From positions 49-64,048 of the forward strand of contig CAYTDP010000003.1 in the NCBI GenBank assembly GCA_964436625.1: 64,000 nucleotides of DNA. The letters are read 5' to 3'. The notes beneath the pieces are model-generated. The model was not told the DNA's origin and searched no databases. It saw only the letters and a program-made list of their open reading frames with translations. Source of the stretch: an uncultured Halanaerobiaceae bacterium. GTDB lineage: Bacteria > Bacillota > Halanaerobiia > Halanaerobiales > Halarsenatibacteraceae. The translations under genes and the position numbers were made by a program. Shown here piece after piece: positions 22,533 through 33,956 of the stretch; positions within the stretch are counted from its first letter, which is position 1, and every line of letters starts with the position of its first letter.

Positions 22533-22710
22533 AATCCTGCTCACAGTCCTTATAGAGCTCACTTTTGAATTTTCAGAGCGGAAAGAAGTGGCTGTAACTG
22601 CCGAAAAATAATTCCTGCACGAATCCGCTCCTAACCTATTTTTTCTGGATATCATTATTGATTCCTGCCTTGCTGGTAAAATAATTAAAATTCAGCCAAT
22701 TTACTGATTG

Positions 22711-23787
22711 CTACTTATTCAGTTCCTGCTGACGTCCCTCGCGGGATAGTTTCCTGCCGTCGCGAGGAATTTCCACCGAAAAAACCCCAAGCCGCCAGAA
22801 CCCATAAATCAGAAAAATGGCTGCTATCAAAATCACAAGCAGGCCTCTGTGGAATTTGAGACTGTTGACCAGCACGGCCAGAACTCCCAGAAAAACGCTG
22901 ATGAGATAAACTATAAAAGCAACCTGGCGCTGTGTCCAGCCCAGAGCCAGCAATCTGTGATGGAGATGACCGTGATCAGCCTGGGAGATGGGCCGGGAAT
23001 TATAAAAACGGCGTACAATGGCGTAGGCAGTATCAAAAATAGGTATACCCAGAACCAGCAGAGGCACCAGAACAGTTACTGCTGCAGCACTTTTTAAAGC
23101 CCCGAGAATAGAGATAGCTGCCAGCAGATAACCCAGCAGCATCGAACCACCATCGCCCAGAAATATCTGGGCTGGATGAAAATTGTAGCGTAAAAAGGCC
23201 AGGGTGCTGCCCCCCAGAGCCAGCATCATCAGAGCCGAGGCTGCCTGACCCTCCTGCAGACTTACAGCAAAAAGGGTGACAGCGGCTATAGCAGAAATCC
23301 CGGCTGCCAGACCGTCCAGTCCGTCGATGAGATTAATTGCATTGACGATACTTACCACCCAGAGGAGGGTAAAAGGTATACTCAAAAGCCCAAGATGGAT
23401 CATACCACCGGTCAGGGGGTTGGTAATAAAATCGATGCTGATCCCGAAAGGAATTAAAGCAGCAGCGGCCAGAAGCTGTCCTAAAAATTTGCCCATCGGC
23501 GGGATCGGTCGCAGATCATCCGCTGTGCCCAGCAGCAAAATCAAACTGCTGCCGAGCAAAAGACCGCGAACATCCCGCCCGATGCCCTGACTCTGAAGAA
23601 GTGCCAGGGTAAAACCGATGTATACAGCCAGACCACCGAGGTTGGGAACCCGACTGATATTTATGCGTCGGCGGGACGGTTCATCAACCGCTCCCAGCCG
23701 ATGAGCCAGCTTTCTCACCGCCGGCGTTAACAGATATGTAATTCCCAGTGAAATCAGCAGAACACTGAGATAGGACATAATCTCCAC
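22711..23787 (-). CDS. Undecaprenyl-phosphate GlcNAc-1-phosphate transferase (TagO/WecA, MraY-like)
   Basis: GTADD, NAINLIDGLDGL, FLGDGGS, HLHHRL motifs. Confidence 0.92.
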   Translation of the reverse strand: MEIMSYLSVLLISLGITYLLTPAVRKLAHRLGAVDEPSRRRINISRVPNLGGLAVYIGFTLALLQSQGIGRDVRGLLLGSSLILLLGTADDLRPIPPMGKFLGQLLAAAALIPFGISIDFITNPLTGGMIHLGLLSIPFTLLWVVSIVNAINLIDGLDGLAAGISAIAAVTLFAVSLQEGQAASALMMLALGGSTLAFLRYNFHPAQIFLGDGGSMLLGYLLAAISILGALKSAAAVTVLVPLLVLGIPIFDTAYAIVRRFYNSRPISQADHGHLHHRLLALGWTQRQVAFIVYLISVFLGVLAVLVNSLKFHRGLLVILIAAIFLIYGFWRLGVFSVEIPRDGRKLSREGRQQELNK

Positions 23788-23851
23788 TTCTCCTCTGCTA
23801 TTTTATTCTGCTTATATTTTCTGCCGGACGACTTCTCTCCGACAGCCGAAA

Positions 23852-24481
23852 TCATTTAGTGCCGTAAAGCCTATCACCGGCGTCACCCAGCCCGGGAACT
23901 ATGTAAGCATGATCGTCGAGATGATCGTCCACTGCCGCGGTATAAATATCAATATCCTCATGATCCTCGCGCACTCTTTCGATGCCTTCAGGAGCGGCTA
24001 CCAGACACATAAATTTGAGACTGCGGATCCCTCTGCTCTTGATGGCATCTATAGCAGCAGTTGCCGATCCTCCTGTAGCCAGCATAGGATCTATTACCAG
24101 CAGGTCACGCTCTTCGGTGTCGGGAGGCAGCTTGCAGTAATATTCCACCGGTTCTAACGTCTCGGGATCGCGATAAAGCCCAACGTGTCCCACTCTCGCC
24201 GCAGGCATCAGCTGCAGAATGCCGTCCAGCATACCCAGACCGGCCCTCAAAATAGGAACCACTCCTATCTTCTTGCCGGCTATTCTGGGAGATTTAGTGC
24301 TCGTCAGCGGAGTTTCGATCTCGACCTCCTCCAGCGGCATATCGCGGGTAACTTCGTAGGCCATGAGCATGGCCAGTTCATTTGTCAGTTCGCGGAACTC
24401 TTTGGGACCGGTATCTTTGTCCCGCAAAAGCGTGAGTTTATGTTTCATCAGTGGATGGTCAAATATAAATACTTCGCCCAT
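23852..24481 (-). CDS. upp: Uracil phosphoribosyltransferase
   Basis: [27 protein letters not shown]. Confidence 0.97.
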   Translation of the reverse strand: MGEVFIFDHPLMKHKLTLLRDKDTGPKEFRELTNELAMLMAYEVTRDMPLEEVEIETPLTSTKSPRIAGKKIGVVPILRAGLGMLDGILQLMPAARVGHVGLYRDPETLEPVEYYCKLPPDTEERDLLVIDPMLATGGSATAAIDAIKSRGIRSLKFMCLVAAPEGIERVREDHEDIDIYTAAVDDHLDDHAYIVPGLGDAGDRLYGTK

Positions 24482-25434
24482 TATTCATTCATCTCCCCTT
24501 TGTTTTCCATTTTGTCTACCCGGCGGGCGTGTCTTCCTCCGGAAAAATCAGTCGATATGAAAGCTTTGACCACATCTTTGGCCAATCCCGCTCCTATCAC
24601 TCTTTCTCCCATGGTCAATATACTGGCATCATTATGACTGCGGGCCATGCGGGCAGAGTAGGTATCATGACAGCGGGCCGCCCTGACTCCGGCGTATTTG
24701 TTGGCTGTCATGCTCATACCGAGGCCGGTACCGCAGATAAGAAGCCCCAGTTGAGCTTCCTCGGCAGCCACCTTTTCGGCCACACGGGATGCATAATCGG
24801 GGTAATCAACCGATTCTTTTCCCTGATCTACCCCGACATCGACCACTTCATGTCCTTCTTCCTCAAGCCAGTCGATTATTTCTTCCTTGAGAAAAAATCC
24901 CGCGTGATCAGAACCTGCTGCTATAACCATTCTATCACTCCTGGTATCAAATTTGCCAGCTTCTTTTGATGTTTTTATTGTTTCAGCAAAAAAATCATCC
25001 AGCCGGCTGGAAATTTCTTTTATCATGTTTTCCATCTGTTCCAGTGTTCTTTCATAAGTGCTCTGACTTCCGCCGAAGGGATCGTTCACATCTCTCCCGT
25101 CTTCCGTAAACTCACCCAGGCTGAAAACATATTCCTCTTTTTGAGGATATCGTTCTTTTATTTCCCTTGCCTGAGAGACTGTCATGGTAAGTATCAGATC
25201 AGATGCTTTTACCAGGTCTTTATCCAGTGGTCTGCTGGAATGTTCATCGGGCTCGATTCCTGCTTCCTTCAGAGCTATTTTAGCTCTCTCGTCCATCTTC
25301 CCTCCCCGAGTGGCGGTCAGACCGGCGGAACTAAAGTTGTAATCAGATTCATCAGCAAATTTCTTTCTCAAAAGCTCGACAGCCATGGGACTTCGGCAGG
25401 TATTCCCTGTGCAGACCAGAATTATTTGCTTCAT
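24481..25434 (-). CDS. rpiB: Fusion of YwlE-like LMW protein-arginine phosphatase and ribose-5-phosphate isomerase B
   Basis: N-half CTGNTCRS P-loop and DPFG; C-half (from aa 169) [25 protein letters not shown]; one open frame. Confidence 0.9.
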   Translation of the reverse strand: MKQIILVCTGNTCRSPMAVELLRKKFADESDYNFSSAGLTATRGGKMDERAKIALKEAGIEPDEHSSRPLDKDLVKASDLILTMTVSQAREIKERYPQKEEYVFSLGEFTEDGRDVNDPFGGSQSTYERTLEQMENMIKEISSRLDDFFAETIKTSKEAGKFDTRSDRMVIAAGSDHAGFFLKEEIIDWLEEEGHEVVDVGVDQGKESVDYPDYASRVAEKVAAEEAQLGLLICGTGLGMSMTANKYAGVRAARCHDTYSARMARSHNDASILTMGERVIGAGLAKDVVKAFISTDFSGGRHARRVDKMENKGEMNE

Positions 25435-25474
25435 AAAATTTATTCGCCTCCCTGCAGTCCCTTTTGCCCGGAAA

Positions 25475-26605
25475 TCATTTTTCTGGCGAGGGATCCAGAC
25501 TTATAATTTCGGTGGCAGCTTTGCGAAGTCTATTCATAATGGCTTCACCTAATCCTTCTTCGTTTATGGCTTCTACCATAATCAGTTTTCTTCCTTCATC
25601 ATCCAGGCTGCGCAGATAGGTGAAAAGATTGTGAGCTATCTCCTGCATATTCTCTTCGCTGCCGATGATGACTGACTTAATATGCTGATTAATTCCCCGA
25701 TCTGGATCACTGTAAACCTCGACATCTTCGCTTTCAGCTATGCTCAGGCCGGTCGCTTTCGATACCAGCAGAGCGCTGTGAGCTCGCTGACGACCGGCAT
25801 AATTCCAGATCTCTTCCGGACTGCCCTTCTCCAGCAGTTCCAATCTGGCAGAAGGAGCATAATGACGGTATTTCATGCCCGGTGAACGGGGTAAATCATC
25901 CTCTTGAGTGACGTCGTAACAGCGTTCAATTTCGGTCTCCCGACCAAGAGCTTCGCGAAGCCGGGAGGCAGAGATACCCCCCGGGCGCAAAATTTTCGGT
26001 ATTTCTGAAGTCATATCGAGCACGGTAGATTCTACTCCGATCGGACATTCGCCCCCGTCTAAAATCAGCGGAATGCTGCCTTCCATATCGGCCAGAACAT
26101 GTTCAGCCCGGGTAGGACTGGGCAGGCCCGATTTATTGGCGCTGGGAGCGGCTACAGGCAGACCGGAGCGGGTCAAAATTGCTCGCGCTACAGGATGTGA
26201 AGGCATTCTGACCGCAACTGTATCAAGACCGGCACAGGTGACTCCCGGCACTTCATCAGAGCGAGGCAGTATTACTGTCAGAGGCCCCGGCCAGAAACGG
26301 GCGGTCAGCTGCCTTACCGCCGAAGGTACAGTGCCCCGCGTGAGTCGATTCAACTCCTCGCGGCTGTAAACATGAACAATAAGTGGGTTATCTTGAGGTC
26401 TATTTTTGGCGCCAAATATACCGCGCACGGCCCTTTCATCCAGGGCATTAGCTCCCAGCCCATATACCGTCTCGGTGGGAAAAGCAACCAGCCCCCCACT
26501 TTGAAGAAGCTTGGACGCCTTCTTAACTGCCTCAGTCCCCAGCAGCTCCCCGGGAGAAGCGCCGGTATCTACTTCCAAAACTTCGGTCTGCAATATCCCT
26601 CTCAC
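25475..26605 (-). CDS. sua5: L-threonylcarbamoyladenylate synthase (Sua5/YwlC)
   Basis: FPTETVYGLGA, KNRPQDNPLIVH, AAPSAN, SPGMKYRHYAP. Confidence 0.95.
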   Translation of the reverse strand: MRGILQTEVLEVDTGASPGELLGTEAVKKASKLLQSGGLVAFPTETVYGLGANALDERAVRGIFGAKNRPQDNPLIVHVYSREELNRLTRGTVPSAVRQLTARFWPGPLTVILPRSDEVPGVTCAGLDTVAVRMPSHPVARAILTRSGLPVAAPSANKSGLPSPTRAEHVLADMEGSIPLILDGGECPIGVESTVLDMTSEIPKILRPGGISASRLREALGRETEIERCYDVTQEDDLPRSPGMKYRHYAPSARLELLEKGSPEEIWNYAGRQRAHSALLVSKATGLSIAESEDVEVYSDPDRGINQHIKSVIIGSEENMQEIAHNLFTYLRSLDDEGRKLIMVEAINEEGLGEAIMNRLRKAATEIISLDPSPEK

Positions 26606-26636
26606 CTCTCTTCTCGAATTAAATGCTCACCTGCTC

Positions 26637-27521
26637 TCAATTTCGGCGGACGAAAATCATACGGTCCCGACCGGCCCCATCCTGTTTCAATTCGGGTTCG
26701 CCGAGTCCCTCCTGTTCGGCTGTCATCTCCTTCATTCTCTCACCCTGATCATGACCTATTTCCAGAGCTAAAAGCCCCTCGGGCTTAAGAAGTGAGACAG
26801 CCTGCGGTAAAATTTTGCGATAACAGGAGAGGCCATCTTCACCAGCAGCCAGGGCACGGCGTGGCTCCTTCTGAACCCTGCGGGGCAGTTCTTCCATTTC
26901 TTCTTCCGGTATGTATGGCGGGTTGGAAACAACAAGATCAACGCCGGACTCCCTTTCAGGTAAAAGGGGGGCAGCCCAGTCACCCGCCAGCGCTGCCGCT
27001 CTTTTTTCCAGATCATGCTTCTTTATATTGCGGCGGGCCAGTTTTACAGCTTCAGTCGAAATATCGGTTCCTATAGCTTTCGATTCGGGCAGATATTTAA
27101 CCAGACTTATCATCATAGCTCCGGAGCCTGTGCCCAGATCTACTATTTTAAGCTGCTGCCAGTCGTTCTGTCGGCAAAAAGCAAGAATTTTTTCTACCAG
27201 CTCCTCCGTCTCGGGGCGGGGAATCAAAACACCCGGTTCGATCTCAAATTCCAGGGACATAAATTCCGTCCGCCCGGTTATATAGCTGATAGGAACACCC
27301 CGGGCTCTTTTTTTTAGCCGGCTGCGGTAAGCGGAAAGCTCCTCGTCATTCAGAGGATAATCATAATTCACATAAAGTTTTATACGCTCGGTCGAGAGCA
27401 GATCGGCCAGAAGAACCTCCGCATCCAGCCGGGGATTATCAACACCATGATCGTTCAGGAAATCATCTGCTCTATCCAGAACTTCGCGAATTTTACTGGC
27501 CATGTCCTCACTCCTGCTCAA
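26637..27521 (-). CDS. prmC: Release factor glutamine methyltransferase
   Basis: [20 protein letters not shown]; follows prfA. Confidence 0.96.
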   Translation of the reverse strand: MSRSEDMASKIREVLDRADDFLNDHGVDNPRLDAEVLLADLLSTERIKLYVNYDYPLNDEELSAYRSRLKKRARGVPISYITGRTEFMSLEFEIEPGVLIPRPETEELVEKILAFCRQNDWQQLKIVDLGTGSGAMMISLVKYLPESKAIGTDISTEAVKLARRNIKKHDLEKRAAALAGDWAAPLLPERESGVDLVVSNPPYIPEEEMEELPRRVQKEPRRALAAGEDGLSCYRKILPQAVSLLKPEGLLALEIGHDQGERMKEMTAEQEGLGEPELKQDGAGRDRMIFVRRN

Positions 27522-28597
27522 AGCTTTTCCAGTCTTCTTTTCATGTCTTCTTCTATAAGCGGTTCTATCAGCTGATCGAGCTCCCCATCAAGCACGCTCT
27601 CCAGCTGATGGATTGTTAGGTTTATACGATGATCGCTGACCCTGCCCTGAGGAAAGTTATAGGTTCTAATTTTTTCGCTGCGATCGCCGGAGCCCACCTG
27701 ACTGCGGCGCTTTTCCTCTCTTTCGCGGCGCTTTTTCCGTTCCATCTCCTCTTTAAGACGAGCTCTCAAAATCTTCATAGCCCTGTCTTTATTTTTGTGC
27801 TGAGACTTTTCATCCTGACAGGAAACTGTGATATCAGTTGGTTCATGGGTTATGCGCACGGCCGAATCGGTGGTGTTCACACTCTGGCCCCCGGGTCCGC
27901 TGGAACGATAATAATCTATCCTCAAGTCGTTCTCCTCCAGCTCTATCTCCACCTCTTCTGCCTCGGGAAGCACGGCCACTGTGGAGGTGGATGTGTGAAT
28001 TCTGCCGCTCGATTCGGTGGAAGGAACCCGCTGTACGCGATGTACACCGCTTTCGTATTTGAGATGCTTATAGGCAGCATTGCCGGAAACGCTGAAAATT
28101 ATCTCTTTGAATCCCCCGACTTCAGATTCGCTCGAGGACATGGTCTCGACCTCCCAGTTTCTATCCTCGGAATACTGGGTATACATGCGGAATAAATCGG
28201 CAGCAAATAAAGCAGCCTCATCTCCGCCGGCCCCGGCCCTTATTTCAACGATGACATCTTTCTCATCGTCGGGATTATCAGGCAGAAGCATGAGCGGCAG
28301 CTCTTCCTCCAGCTCCTCCATCTCGGGTCTAACCTCTTCCATTTCGGAGCGGGCCAGCTCCTGCATATCCTCATCTTCGCTCATCTCCAGAATCTCCTCG
28401 GCTTCTTCTTTCTGCTCGCGCAGCTGCTGGTAACGTTCATATTTTTCGATGATTTTTTTGAGGGAGGCATGCTCCTGGAGAAGCTTTTGATATTTCTCAC
28501 TGTTATTCATGATCTCAGGATCGCCAATTTTTTGATTGAGATCCTCATATTTATCCTTGAGATCATCAAGTCTATCTAAAACTTCCTGCTTCATCAT
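27518..28597 (-). CDS. prfA: Peptide chain release factor 1
   Basis: [28 protein letters not shown]. Confidence 0.98.
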   Translation of the reverse strand: MMKQEVLDRLDDLKDKYEDLNQKIGDPEIMNNSEKYQKLLQEHASLKKIIEKYERYQQLREQKEEAEEILEMSEDEDMQELARSEMEEVRPEMEELEEELPLMLLPDNPDDEKDVIVEIRAGAGGDEAALFAADLFRMYTQYSEDRNWEVETMSSSESEVGGFKEIIFSVSGNAAYKHLKYESGVHRVQRVPSTESSGRIHTSTSTVAVLPEAEEVEIELEENDLRIDYYRSSGPGGQSVNTTDSAVRITHEPTDITVSCQDEKSQHKNKDRAMKILRARLKEEMERKKRREREEKRRSQVGSGDRSEKIRTYNFPQGRVSDHRINLTIHQLESVLDGELDQLIEPLIEEDMKRRLEKL

Positions 28598-28632
28598 AAA
28601 ATATTACACCTCTCAAACTTTGCTCATAAAGT

Positions 28633-29208
28633 TTAACCGCTGACCTCATGACAGGAACGGCAGCGTGCCTCGTAAACTTCATCCGCTCCCACCATAATTA
28701 CCGGATCATCATAACGGGCCGGCTCACCATCAATAAGACGCTGAGTACGGCTGGCAGGCTCTCCACACTGCACACAGATAGCATGAAGTTTATCGACGTA
28801 CTCCGCTCTGGCCATAAGCTCCGGCACCGGTCCGAAAGGCTCACCGCGAAAATCACGATCGAGCCCCGCTGTAATGACCCGGGTATCCTGGCCGGCCAGT
28901 TTTTCACAGATCTCGATTATCTTCCCGGGAAAAAATTGAATCTCATCGATCCCCACAACTTCGACTCCTTCATCCAGCCGGGAGATAATCTCTCCGGGAT
29001 GATCGACGGGCACTGCTTCAAAACGGGCTCCATTATGAGAAACCAGATTTTCTTCGCTAAAGCGATTATCAAGTGCGGGCTTGAAAACTCTGATCTGCTG
29101 ATCGGCAAAACTGACTCTGCGAAGCCGGCGAATCAGCTCCTCGCTTTTGCCGCAGTACATGGGTCCGGTTATGATTTCTATCCAGCCGCTGTTGCTGATC
29201 TCATACAT
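28633..29208 (-). CDS. tdk: Thymidine kinase
   Basis: [21 protein letters not shown]...CRSC zinc site. Confidence 0.96.
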   Translation of the reverse strand: MYEISNSGWIEIITGPMYCGKSEELIRRLRRVSFADQQIRVFKPALDNRFSEENLVSHNGARFEAVPVDHPGEIISRLDEGVEVVGIDEIQFFPGKIIEICEKLAGQDTRVITAGLDRDFRGEPFGPVPELMARAEYVDKLHAICVQCGEPASRTQRLIDGEPARYDDPVIMVGADEVYEARCRSCHEVSG

Positions 29209-29340
29209 TTAATCCCTGGTCCTCCTCAAAAATATACGGTCCTGAAATAAACTCTCCCCTGCTGGTGCAGGGGAACAAAATATCAATCGATGATAAATCT
29301 CAGGATACAAATGCTGCCGTGAATATCGATCCAATTCCAT

Positions 29341-29372
29341 AAAAAAAGCAGAGCCCCACAAGGAAGCCCTGC
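29341..29372 (-). terminator. Intrinsic terminator after rpmE
   Basis: GCAGGGCTTC/GGGGCTCTGC stem (with G-U pairs) followed by T7. Confidence 0.8.
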
Positions 29373-29389
29373 CGCCGTCACTGAACTTT

Positions 29390-29671
29390 TTATTCTTCTG
29401 CTTCTTCGGCTTCTGCTTCTTCGGATGCTTCCATTTCTACCTGATCGGTTTCTCCGGATTCTTCTCCACTGCTGTCCCTTCCGTATTTGCGGTTAAACTG
29501 CTCAACCCGACTGCCCCGGGCTGTCTGCCGCTGCTTGCCTGTGTAGAAGGGATGACAGTTAGAGCACACCTCAACCCTCATATCATCACCGGTGGATTCA
29601 GTCTGATATTCTTCACCACAGGCACAGGTTATAACGGTATCGGTAGTCTCCGGATGTATTTCCTCCTTCAC
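29390..29671 (-). CDS. rpmE: 50S ribosomal protein L31 (zinc type) with acidic tail
   Basis: [22 protein letters not shown]; GTG start at 29671 after GAGGTG. Confidence 0.95.
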   Translation of the reverse strand: MKEEIHPETTDTVITCACGEEYQTESTGDDMRVEVCSNCHPFYTGKQRQTARGSRVEQFNRKYGRDSSGEESGETDQVEMEASEEAEAEEAEE

Positions 29672-29744
29672 TGCGATCACCTCTTTCTATGTCGATAATT
29701 TTATTCGTTTAGTCAAATTTGTCAGCACTCATCCAGTCATTCAG

Positions 29745-29773
29745 ATTATATCACAGCGATATTGCTCTTGCAA
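29745..29773 (-). promoter_or_regulatory. Sigma-A promoter of rpmE
   Basis: TTGCAA-N17-TATAAT with extended -10 TG. Confidence 0.8.
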
Positions 29774-29778
29774 GCAGC

Positions 29779-31062
29779 TCAATCCGAGAAGATTTGCTCC
29801 AGAACTTCCAGAAGCTCGTGATTGTCATCGGTATTATTTATTTGCGTAATCATTGTCTGCAGGACTTCGGCCTTGTCCATCGATTTGGTCTGACGGCGGA
29901 GCTTCCAGATCACCTCAAGCTCCTGCTCATTCAGAAGAAGTTCCTCCTTGCGGGTGCCGGAAAGGTGAATATCGATGGCAGGAAATATTCGCTGCTGGGC
30001 CAGCCTTCTATCCAGATGCAGCTCCATATTGCCCGTGCCTTTAAATTCCTCGTAAATAACATCATCCATCCGGCTTCCTGTATCTATAAGTGCTGTTGCC
30101 AGCACAGTCAGGCTTCCCCCTTCTTCGATATTGCGGCCTGCTCCAAAAAAGCTTTTGGGGAAATGCATGGCGGTAGGATCCAGTCCACCGGATAAGGTGC
30201 GGCCGCTGGGAGGAGTGGTTACATTGGCTGCCCGGGCCAGCCTGGTTATGCTGTCCAGAAGCACCACCACATCATGATTTTGTTCGACCAGACGTTTGGC
30301 CTTGGCCAGGGCCAGCTGGGCAACCTGGATATGATCATCTGCAGGGCGGTCAAAGGTTGAGCTTATCACCTCAGCGTCAACAGAACGATCCATATCGGTT
30401 ACTTCTTCCGGTCTCTCATCGATGAGCAAAATCATCATCCGGGCTTCGGGATGGTTGATGCTGACGCTGTTGGCTATCTTTTTTAACAGCACGGTTTTAC
30501 CGGCTTTTGGTGGAGAAACTATCAATCCGCGCTGACCCAGCCCCACGGGGGCTATCAGGTCCAGAAGTCGGGTAGAGACATCGCTGGAGCTGCGCTCGAG
30601 TTTGATCTTCTCCTGAGGATAGAGCGGGGTGAGATCTTCAAAATAAGCCCTATCGCGGGCTCTTTCCGGGTTTTGATAGTTGATGGCCTCAATCCTTAAA
30701 AGTGCAAAATATCTCTCGTTGTTTTTCGGCTCACGCACCTGACCTGAAACTACATCGCCGGTTCTGAGATCAAACCTGCGAATCTGCGAGGCCGAGATAT
30801 AGATATCATCGCTGGAAGGAAGATATTTGGAAGGGCGGATAAAACCATAACCCTCATTTTCGATAACTTCTAACACCCCTTCCGCAAAGATATTCCCCCC
30901 TTTTTCCGTCTCCTGCTCGAGCAGAGCGAAGATGAGATCCTTCTTTCGCATGCTGGAATAACCTTCTATTGATTTTTCCTTGGCAAGCTCATGCAGCTCG
31001 GATATAGTCATATTTTCCAGTTCAGAAATATGCAAGCCTGAACGCCTCCTTAAGTTTTTCAT
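29779..31062 (-). CDS. rho: Transcription termination factor Rho
   Basis: GYGFIR, PPKAGKT, IDERPEEVT, EFKGTGNMEL. Confidence 0.98.
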   Translation of the reverse strand: MKNLRRRSGLHISELENMTISELHELAKEKSIEGYSSMRKKDLIFALLEQETEKGGNIFAEGVLEVIENEGYGFIRPSKYLPSSDDIYISASQIRRFDLRTGDVVSGQVREPKNNERYFALLRIEAINYQNPERARDRAYFEDLTPLYPQEKIKLERSSSDVSTRLLDLIAPVGLGQRGLIVSPPKAGKTVLLKKIANSVSINHPEARMMILLIDERPEEVTDMDRSVDAEVISSTFDRPADDHIQVAQLALAKAKRLVEQNHDVVVLLDSITRLARAANVTTPPSGRTLSGGLDPTAMHFPKSFFGAGRNIEEGGSLTVLATALIDTGSRMDDVIYEEFKGTGNMELHLDRRLAQQRIFPAIDIHLSGTRKEELLLNEQELEVIWKLRRQTKSMDKAEVLQTMITQINNTDDNHELLEVLEQIFSD

Positions 31063-31065
31063 GAT

Positions 31066-32121
31066 TCAAAGATAAAGCAGCAGCCAGAGAGTTCCTACAT
31101 AAAGAATTAAAAGCAGAGCTGGAGAGAACCCTATATGTAATAAACTGTGCCGGGTACGATAAAACAAACCGGACAGAAGCAGAACCGTCATGATGATGGT
31201 GACAAAAATCAAAATGAGATTTTGGAACGGGTCAACTGCCAGCATACTCGAATAATAAAATCCATCTACAACAGCTGGTAAAACCAGATTGATCATACTG
31301 CTGCCCATAATTATTGCCGCCGCCATTTCGGGATGATCGCGTCCAGCCGCGGAAGCTGAGGCGCTGAGCTCGGGCAGCGAAGTTATCACCGCCACCAGAC
31401 CGGCTCCTATAAAGGTACTGCCCATACCGGTCATTAATACCAGCCGATCGCTCAAATATCCGAGCCTGACGCCCGATAGTATGATTACAGCTGCCGAAGT
31501 CAGCAGGAGCATATACTGTCCCACAGAAGATTCCCTCTCCCGGGCGGCCGCGCCCTCACCGGGGAAAGGAACAATATTTTCCATTTCATCAATATCAATA
31601 TCAAAATTTTCAACTTTATTTTTATTATTAATGCTGCTTTCAAAATCATATATCATTTTCAGACCGGACAAAAATATCGCGAAGAGCACAAAACTTTCGG
31701 GAGCAAAGCGAAATTGTAGGGGAATAGCTGCGGTGAGAAAATATAATGTGAAGAATATTCCCAGCGCGCTGCTCATGATTATAGATATGAAACCGGCGAG
31801 CAGGTGCGAAAAAGACAGGCTGAGAAGCAGAAAGCCAGGCCCCTGCCCAAGGTCGAGAAGAGCCAGCAGGGTAAAATTGAAAAGATTACTGCCAATAAGG
31901 TCGGCCAGTCCAGGTTCTATAGTTTCGAGCCTCACCGCTGTGACCGTGGTTGCCAGCTCAGGTAGCGAGGTAACAGCTGCCATAATTATCATCCAGGTCA
32001 ACATCTCGCTGAATCCGACTTTATCAGCAATATTTTCCACCGATAAGACCAGATAATGACCCGACAGAGCAATCAGCAGGATCACAACCAAAAATTCAAC
32101 TGTTAACAGCAAATAAATCAC
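31066..32121 (-). CDS. Cation/Ca2+ (CaCA, Na+/Ca2+-type) antiporter
   Basis: About 10 TMs and two alpha-repeats (VTSLPEL...GSNLFN; ITSLPEL...GSSMIN). Confidence 0.85.
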   Translation of the reverse strand: MIYLLLTVEFLVVILLIALSGHYLVLSVENIADKVGFSEMLTWMIIMAAVTSLPELATTVTAVRLETIEPGLADLIGSNLFNFTLLALLDLGQGPGFLLLSLSFSHLLAGFISIIMSSALGIFFTLYFLTAAIPLQFRFAPESFVLFAIFLSGLKMIYDFESSINNKNKVENFDIDIDEMENIVPFPGEGAAARERESSVGQYMLLLTSAAVIILSGVRLGYLSDRLVLMTGMGSTFIGAGLVAVITSLPELSASASAAGRDHPEMAAAIIMGSSMINLVLPAVVDGFYYSSMLAVDPFQNLILIFVTIIMTVLLLSGLFYRTRHSLLHIGFSPALLLILYVGTLWLLLYL

Positions 32122-32140
32122 CTGCAGGTCAGATAAATTT

Positions 32141-32177
32141 CCACCGGCCTCCCGAATTTAACCCGGAAGGCCGGCGG
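32141..32177. terminator. GC-rich hairpin after fba (terminator or stabiliser)
   Basis: Near-perfect inverted repeat ccaccggcctcccg / cggaaggccggcgg; weak U-tract. Confidence 0.45.
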
Positions 32178-32216
32178 TTGATTTGCTGATCAATCAACAA
32201 AATGATAGGTGATCTG

Positions 32217-33092
<876 letters not shown>

Positions 33093-33168
33093 TTATAAAT
33101 TTTACTATTTTTTTATAAAAAGGTCTGATAAAATTGAAAAATATGTCTTCATAGTATTCTCCGTTATT

Positions 33169-33807
33169 TCAGTTAAAAGTACCTGGCGGGGTAGTGGTGC
33201 TGCAGGAAGATAACTCCAGGTTCTCCTGATTTCTGAGCCAGCTGATATCGGCCTCACCGGCAGCAGGGACGCTCAAAAGAGCCCCACAAAAACCGCAGGT
33301 CAGGGTTACCCGTTCGGAGTCCAGTTCGATATTTATATCAAAATTACCGCACTCACAAATAATGCGACCGGCAGCGGCAAAATCGTGCAGTACATCGAGC
33401 ACAGTCAGCATAGCTTCAGGATTTTCAAAGTCGTCGAACCCGAGGCCATCGGCCAAAAGCTCAAGCTCCTGCTGCTGGCGATCGACCCTGTGCTTGAGTT
33501 TGACATAGCTGCCGCAGCATCCCAGCTGCAGACCCGAACGAGGACAGCTCAAATCTCTGGCTCCTTCTCTGCCCCAGAAGGACTGCTCGGGAATTTCCAG
33601 CCTGTGCCGACAGTCACAGACCAGACAGTATGGCAGCAGAATTATCGAGCCGCTCTCCCGACTGATGCTGATCTTTTCGACCCCGCACTGGCAGCGGTAC
33701 TTAAGTTTTCGGTCTCCGGAAAGCTGAAATATATTGACCTGATTTATCTCCAATCTGCCGCAGGAAGAACAGCGTATGAGGAGTGATGATTTCTTTTCTA
33801 TAAGCAT
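33169..33807 (-). CDS. Conserved hypothetical Cys-rich (multi zinc-ribbon) protein
   Basis: CSSC, CQC, CLVC-C-H, CEC and CGFC motifs. Confidence 0.6.
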   Translation of the reverse strand: MLIEKKSSLLIRCSSCGRLEINQVNIFQLSGDRKLKYRCQCGVEKISISRESGSIILLPYCLVCDCRHRLEIPEQSFWGREGARDLSCPRSGLQLGCCGSYVKLKHRVDRQQQELELLADGLGFDDFENPEAMLTVLDVLHDFAAAGRIICECGNFDINIELDSERVTLTCGFCGALLSVPAAGEADISWLRNQENLELSSCSTTTPPGTFN

Positions 33808-33895
33808 AAGTTTTTAGAATCTGCAGCAGGTTCAAAACCAGTATTTTAAATCACCTGACATTCAGGCAGATTCCGCACCTCCTCTATACCTAATT

Positions 33896-33920
33896 ATTCT
33901 GTACAGAAGTTAAAATTCCT
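33896..33920 (-). promoter_or_regulatory. Putative sigma-H-type promoter
   Basis: AGGAATT-N14-GAAT on the minus strand upstream of the Cys-rich gene and fba. Confidence 0.55.
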
Positions 33921-33956
33921 CTGTATCAGCGGCAAATAAACTGCCGGCAGCAAAAC

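Noticed and set aside
29255-29274. Hairpin tcccctgc-tggt-gcagggga upstream of tdk
   Set aside because: No clear U-tract or riboswitch features; function unsupported.
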